From the NCBI RefSeq assembly GCF_022763245.1, contig NZ_JALEGV010000041.1:355223-419222 (forward strand): DNA of 64,000 bases, given 5' to 3'. Below the pieces are notes generated by a model, which was given only the letters and a program-made list of their open reading frames with translations, was not told the origin of the DNA and did not search any database. Shown here in pieces: positions 60,210 through 64,000 of this stretch. Positions within the stretch are counted from its first letter, which is position 1, and each line of letters starts with the position of its first letter. The position numbers and the translations under genes are program-made. The stretch comes from Oricola sp. Its GTDB lineage: Bacteria > Pseudomonadota > Alphaproteobacteria > Rhizobiales > Rhizobiaceae.

Positions 60210-60628
60210 GTCTTCCTTGAACGTCGCATAGTGTTCCTCGAAATGCGGACAGTGGACGTCATCGCCTTTGCACATCGTCATTTTCCCTTGTGTTTTGGAA
60301 GGATCAACGGCGTCAATTATTCGGGCGGGATCGACTGCTGGCAATCGGTCCGCAAAGGCGCATTGCGGCCCCAGAAGCTCTTGCGCGGGTGCGGCGGCGT
60401 GCGGATTTATCGTTCGTTTTCAATTCATTGAGCAGAGGGCTGCCGCTGCGGACGAGGCTGCATGGGACGGCTTCCTGTGGGGCAATAGTCAAGAGATTGT
60501 TCGTCTGCGTGCAAAACATTCGCAGTGTTTGTCGCTAATATGATCGGGCCCGACTAGGATCGATGCGCAAGGTGTTCGCGCCTGCCCGCCGATTGCGGAA
60601 TTGGCCGGGCGACAGCAGGGTACGTGCC

Positions 60629-62953
60629 ATGATCGACAACCCGCTCGCCATCGAAAACCTGCCCCTGGTCAAGCGCGAGGACGCCTGGCGGGCGCAGCTT
60701 GCCCGCTTCGGTCTTGAAGCCCGCATCCATGACGACCAGGCGCCGGACGGGCGCATCACATGCCGCGAATCCTCCTCGGGCGCGCGGCTGGCGCGCATCT
60801 CCGGCATCGCCCAGTCGATCATGCCTGCCCCGTCGCAGGCCAAGGACGCACCGGTGCTGCTGATGCTCGTCCTTAAGGGGCGGGGCACCTTGCGCGCCGA
60901 CGAACGCGCCACCGAACTGGCCGACGATACGCTGGCCGTTCTGGGCATGGACATGAACTGGCGTGTCGGCTTCCACGGCGACTTCGACGCGGTCCTGCTG
61001 CAGCTTCCGCGCGCGCCGCTCGCCAGCCGTCTCGGCCGCGTCGCCGTCGGCCCGCCGGTCGTGCTGGGCCACACCTTCGCGGCACTCGCCGCGCGGCCCG
61101 TCATGCGCATGCTGGCGAGTTCGCTGGACATTCTCGAACAGGCCGATCTGAGCACCGGAGAACTGACGGTGACCGAGTTCGTCGCCAGCGCCCTGCTGGT
61201 CGAATCGCGCGCGCCCAACACCGGCATGACCGAGGTGCAGGCGCTGCATTTCCGCCGTGTCGCCGCCGCCATCGACCGCAACCTGTCCGATCCCGATCTG
61301 ACGCCCGCCGACATCGCCCGCCAGGAGGGCATGTCGGTGCGTTACCTGCAGCGCCTGTTCCAGTTGCGCGACGACAATTTCTCCGCCTATCTGCGCGCCC
61401 AGCGGCTGGAGCGGTGCCGCGCCGATCTTGTCGATCCCAACCACGCCCAGGAGAGCATCGCCGCCATCGGCATGCGATGGGGATTTCGCGACCAGGCCTA
61501 TTTCAGCCGCGCCTTTTCCGCCGCCTACGGCATCAGCCCTAGCGAACTGCGCCGCTCCGCCATCGAGCCCTCGGAAGGCTACGGTCTGCGCGGCCGGCCG
61601 GCCGGGCGCGGCTTTGCGCGCGACGGCGCCCGCTCGGTTGCTCCAGCCGCGCTGCAGGCCCCCAGGCCGGATGACACGCCCCAGGCCAGCGACGCTCCGT
61701 CAGACAATCATTACCACCTGCCCGCCAGCGCCCATACGGTGCATTGGGGCTTTCTCAGCCGCGCTCTGCCGCCGGCCCTGCGCGTTGCGCCGGGCGCGAC
61801 CGTCACCATCGAGACGCTGACGCAACATGCCGGCGACGACTGGGAGCGCATGGTCGCTGGCGATCCGGGCGCCGAGAGCGTCTTTGCCTGGACGCCGGAG
61901 GGCAAGGGCGTCGACCGGCGCGGCGCCGGGCCGATGAACGCGTCGGTTTTCGGCCGCGGTGCGGGCGAGGGGTTCGGCGTGCATATCTGCACCGGCCCGA
62001 TCCATGTGCGCGGCGCGGAACCGGGCGACATTCTCGAGGTCGAGTTCCTCGACATCCGTCCCCGCCCGTCGGCCAACCCCGCCTTCGCCGGCAAGGCCTT
62101 CGCCTCCAACGCCTCGGCCTGGTGGGGCTACCAGTACAACGACCTGCTGGACCATCCCGAGCGGCGCGAGACGATCACCATCTTCGAGATCGACCTCGAC
62201 AGGCCGGATGTCGCCCGCCCGCTCTACAACTACCGCTGGACGCCGCAGACTGATCCCTTCGGCGTCGTCCACCGGACGATGGATTATCCCGGCGTTCCCG
62301 TGGATCACGCGACGATCGACAGGCAGCGCGACGCGCTGCGCGGCATCGAGATCCCGGAACGCATGCATTTCGGCTTCATCGGCGTGGCGCCGCGCGAGGC
62401 CGATGTGGTCGATTCCATTCCGCCCGGCTATTTCGGCGGCAATATCGACAATTGGCGCATCGCCAAGGGCGCGCGCATCTATCTGCCGGTCGCGGTCGAA
62501 GGCGCTCTCCTGTCCATCGGCGACGGGCATTTCGCGCAGGGCGACGGCGAGATCAACGGCACCGGGCTGGAGTGCTCGCTCACCGCCGACATCCGCATCC
62601 GCCTGCACAAGGCCGACGGCGAGACGCCGGCCTTTCTCGACGGTCTCAGCACCCCGCTGATCGAAACGCCGGACGCCTGGGTGATCCAGAGCTTTTCGTT
62701 TCCGAACTATCTGCGCGACCTCGGCAAGAACGCCCAGTCGGAAGTCTATCAGCGCTCGACCGTCGATCTGGCGCTGCGCAGTGCCTTCCGGCTGACCCGC
62801 CGTTTCCTGATGGACGCTTACGGTTTGACCGAGGACGAGGCGCTGGCGCTGATGTCGCTGGCGGTCGATTTCGGCATCACCCAGGTCGCCGACGGCAATT
62901 TCGGCGTCCATGCGACGATTCGAAAATCGGTCTTCAACGGCGGTCCGCGGTGA
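60629..62953 (+). CDS. AraC-family transcriptional regulator fused in-frame to a complete acetamidase/formamidase (FmdA_AmdA) domain
   Basis: A single 796-aa reading frame (listed from 60563; likely start at Met 60629). It has an N-terminal AraC ligand-binding-type region, an AraC HTH (ADIARQEGMSVRYLQRLF...GFRDQAYFSRAFSAAYGISPSELRR), a ~60-aa low-complexity linker, then a domain paralogous to the neighbouring Tat-formamidase (HTVHWGF...VTIETLTQHAGDD...). Confidence 0.7.
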   Translation: MIDNPLAIENLPLVKREDAWRAQLARFGLEARIHDDQAPDGRITCRESSSGARLARISGIAQSIMPAPSQAKDAPVLLMLVLKGRGTLRADERATELADDTLAVLGMDMNWRVGFHGDFDAVLLQLPRAPLASRLGRVAVGPPVVLGHTFAALAARPVMRMLASSLDILEQADLSTGELTVTEFVASALLVESRAPNTGMTEVQALHFRRVAAAIDRNLSDPDLTPADIARQEGMSVRYLQRLFQLRDDNFSAYLRAQRLERCRADLVDPNHAQESIAAIGMRWGFRDQAYFSRAFSAAYGISPSELRRSAIEPSEGYGLRGRPAGRGFARDGARSVAPAALQAPRPDDTPQASDAPSDNHYHLPASAHTVHWGFLSRALPPALRVAPGATVTIETLTQHAGDDWERMVAGDPGAESVFAWTPEGKGVDRRGAGPMNASVFGRGAGEGFGVHICTGPIHVRGAEPGDILEVEFLDIRPRPSANPAFAGKAFASNASAWWGYQYNDLLDHPERRETITIFEIDLDRPDVARPLYNYRWTPQTDPFGVVHRTMDYPGVPVDHATIDRQRDALRGIEIPERMHFGFIGVAPREADVVDSIPPGYFGGNIDNWRIAKGARIYLPVAVEGALLSIGDGHFAQGDGEINGTGLECSLTADIRIRLHKADGETPAFLDGLSTPLIETPDAWVIQSFSFPNYLRDLGKNAQSEVYQRSTVDLALRSAFRLTRRFLMDAYGLTEDEALALMSLAVDFGITQVADGNFGVHATIRKSVFNGGPR

Positions 62954-62965
62954 GGCCGTTACGTG

Positions 62966-63340
62966 TCAGGATCTGAGCGCGTAGCGGTCCGGTTCCTCAA
63001 AAATATCGATCACCTTTGAGCCGGCGGACAGCCGTGCGCTGTGCTCGACGCCGGAGGGGATGTCATAGCTCTCGCCGGGCTTGTAGACCCGCGTCTGCCC
63101 GCCAATCGTGAGTTCGAGCTCGCCCTCCAGCACGGTGCCCCACTGTCCCTTGTGCGAATGCGGCGGCACCGCAATGTCCTTGTGGGCGGAAAAGATCACC
63201 ATCAGGCCCTGTTCCGAGCGAATGGCATGGGTCGACACGGCGTCTTGCGGCATCGGCAGATCGATGCCGTGAAAGGCGCGAATGAATTCTGGCAGTTGCA
63301 TCGGTGCTCTCCTCCCGTCGATGGGATCGAACACTATCAA
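62966..63340 (-). CDS. cupin-domain protein
   Basis: 124 aa with conserved His motif (PPHSHKGQWGTVLEGELEL...YDIPSGVEH). Confidence 0.65.
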   Translation of the reverse strand: MIVFDPIDGRRAPMQLPEFIRAFHGIDLPMPQDAVSTHAIRSEQGLMVIFSAHKDIAVPPHSHKGQWGTVLEGELELTIGGQTRVYKPGESYDIPSGVEHSARLSAGSKVIDIFEEPDRYALRS

Positions 63341-63452
63341 GGAAGCTTACGTTACGACAGTTTTTGATCGCGCCACGTCGGATCCGAAGTCTCTGGACAT
63401 TTCCCCCGTCTCTCGACCACACTCGCTTCGAAGCATCTTTGGGAGGAGACGC

Positions 63453-64000
63453 ATGCTTGGACTGATGCAGGAGTGGCCGCTCGTCTGCCACAAGATCATC
63501 GATTTCGCGGCGAGGCAGCATCCGCATCGCGAGGTCGTCTCGCGCTCGATCGAGGGGCCGATCACCCGCACCACCTATGCCGGCATTCACGCCAATTCGA
63601 AGAAGATCGCGCAGCTTCTGACGCGCGAGGGTTACAAGCCGGGCGACCGCATCGCCACGCTTGCGTGGAACACAGGCCGCCATCTGGAGGCCTGGTTCGG
63701 CATCATGGGCATGGGCGGCGTCTACCATACGCTCAATCCGCGCCTGTTTCCCGAGCAGATCGCCTGGATCATGAACCACGCGACCGATCGCGCCATTTTC
63801 ACCGACCTGACATTCATGCCGCTCGTCGAAAAGCTAGCGCCGGCGGTGGAATCGCTGCGCAAGGTCATCGTCATGACCGATGCCGCCCACATGCCCGAGA
63901 CGGCGCTGACAAATGTCGTCGCGTATGAGGAGTGGCTGAAGGAGGCCGACGGCGATTTCGAGTGGGCCGATGTCGGCGAGGACGCGGCCTGTGGTATGTG
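63453..64000 (+). CDS. acyl-CoA synthetase / AMP-dependent ligase, 3'-truncated by the window edge
   Basis: Translated by hand: MLGLMQEWPLVCHKIIDFAARQHPHREVVSRSIEGPITRTTYAGIHANSKKIAQLL... with RBS GGGAGGAG upstream. It is not in the ORF track because there is no stop before the window end. The listed 63473..63928 frame is an Arg-rich alternative-frame artefact. Confidence 0.75.
   Translation, partial: MLGLMQEWPLVCHKIIDFAARQHPHREVVSRSIEGPITRTTYAGIHANSKKIAQLLTREGYKPGDRIATLAWNTGRHLEAWFGIMGMGGVYHTLNPRLFPEQIAWIMNHATDRAIFTDLTFMPLVEKLAPAVESLRKVIVMTDAAHMPETALTNVVAYEEWLKEADGDFEWADVGEDAACGM

Noticed and set aside
58824-60344. Longer 506-aa version of the formamidase ORF starting at 60344 (MPAVDPARIIDAVDPSKTQGKMTMCKGDDVHCPHFEE...)
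   Set aside because: An internal Met at 60209 yields a textbook Tat signal (MNAERRSFLRSGLFAAGG...AQA) with an AGGAAG RBS 4 nt upstream. The 45 extra residues would place the RR motif too far from the N-terminus for Tat recognition.
60563-60628. Using the most upstream ATG (60563, MRKVFAPARRLRNWPGDSRVRA) as the start of the AraC-amidase fusion
   Set aside because: The extension is Arg-rich and unstructured. Met 60629 (MIDNPLAIENL) gives a conventional AraC N-terminus. This affects only the start coordinate, not the fusion call.

Overview
This 64-kb window is high-GC (~65%) chromosomal DNA that looks like a Rhizobiales/Hyphomicrobiales alphaproteobacterium. The evidence is the Irr 'iron control element' upstream of an mbfA-type ferritin-VIT gene, two DUF1127 small proteins, tctCBA/tctDE, and queG followed by an SDR epimerase. 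It is densely packed with housekeeping and accessory metabolic genes: polA, msrA, glcB, pncAB, queG, tRNA-Ser, and an Ala-like tRNA abutting tRNA-Cys. There are also many regulators (ArsR, 2x LysR, TetR, AraC, the TctDE two-component system, two GGDEF-EAL proteins). I see no integrase, transposase, CRISPR array or phage genes.

The most unusual structure is near the 3' end. An AraC-family regulator is fused in-frame to a full acetamidase/formamidase (FmdA_AmdA) domain. It is transcribed divergently from a Tat-exported paralogue of the same enzyme, so the regulator appears to carry a duplicated copy of the enzyme it may control.

Other items worth a second look:
- a SatD-like plus DUF3307 (SatE-like) gene pair that starts 1 nt after the polA stop, with twin 18-bp palindromes between the two genes
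- a tRNA-like gene with alanine identity (G3:U70) but a non-canonical anticodon loop, abutting tRNA-Cys
- an orphan Flp pilin with a Gly/Ser-rich tail
- a TctDE operon extended by a translationally coupled periplasmic binding protein
- a Phd/Doc toxin-antitoxin module with its operator palindrome
- a P450 and lone hydantoinase-A operon
- a candidate unannotated 43-aa ORF.

All calls come from reading the translated ORFs and DNA motifs by eye; no database search was run.
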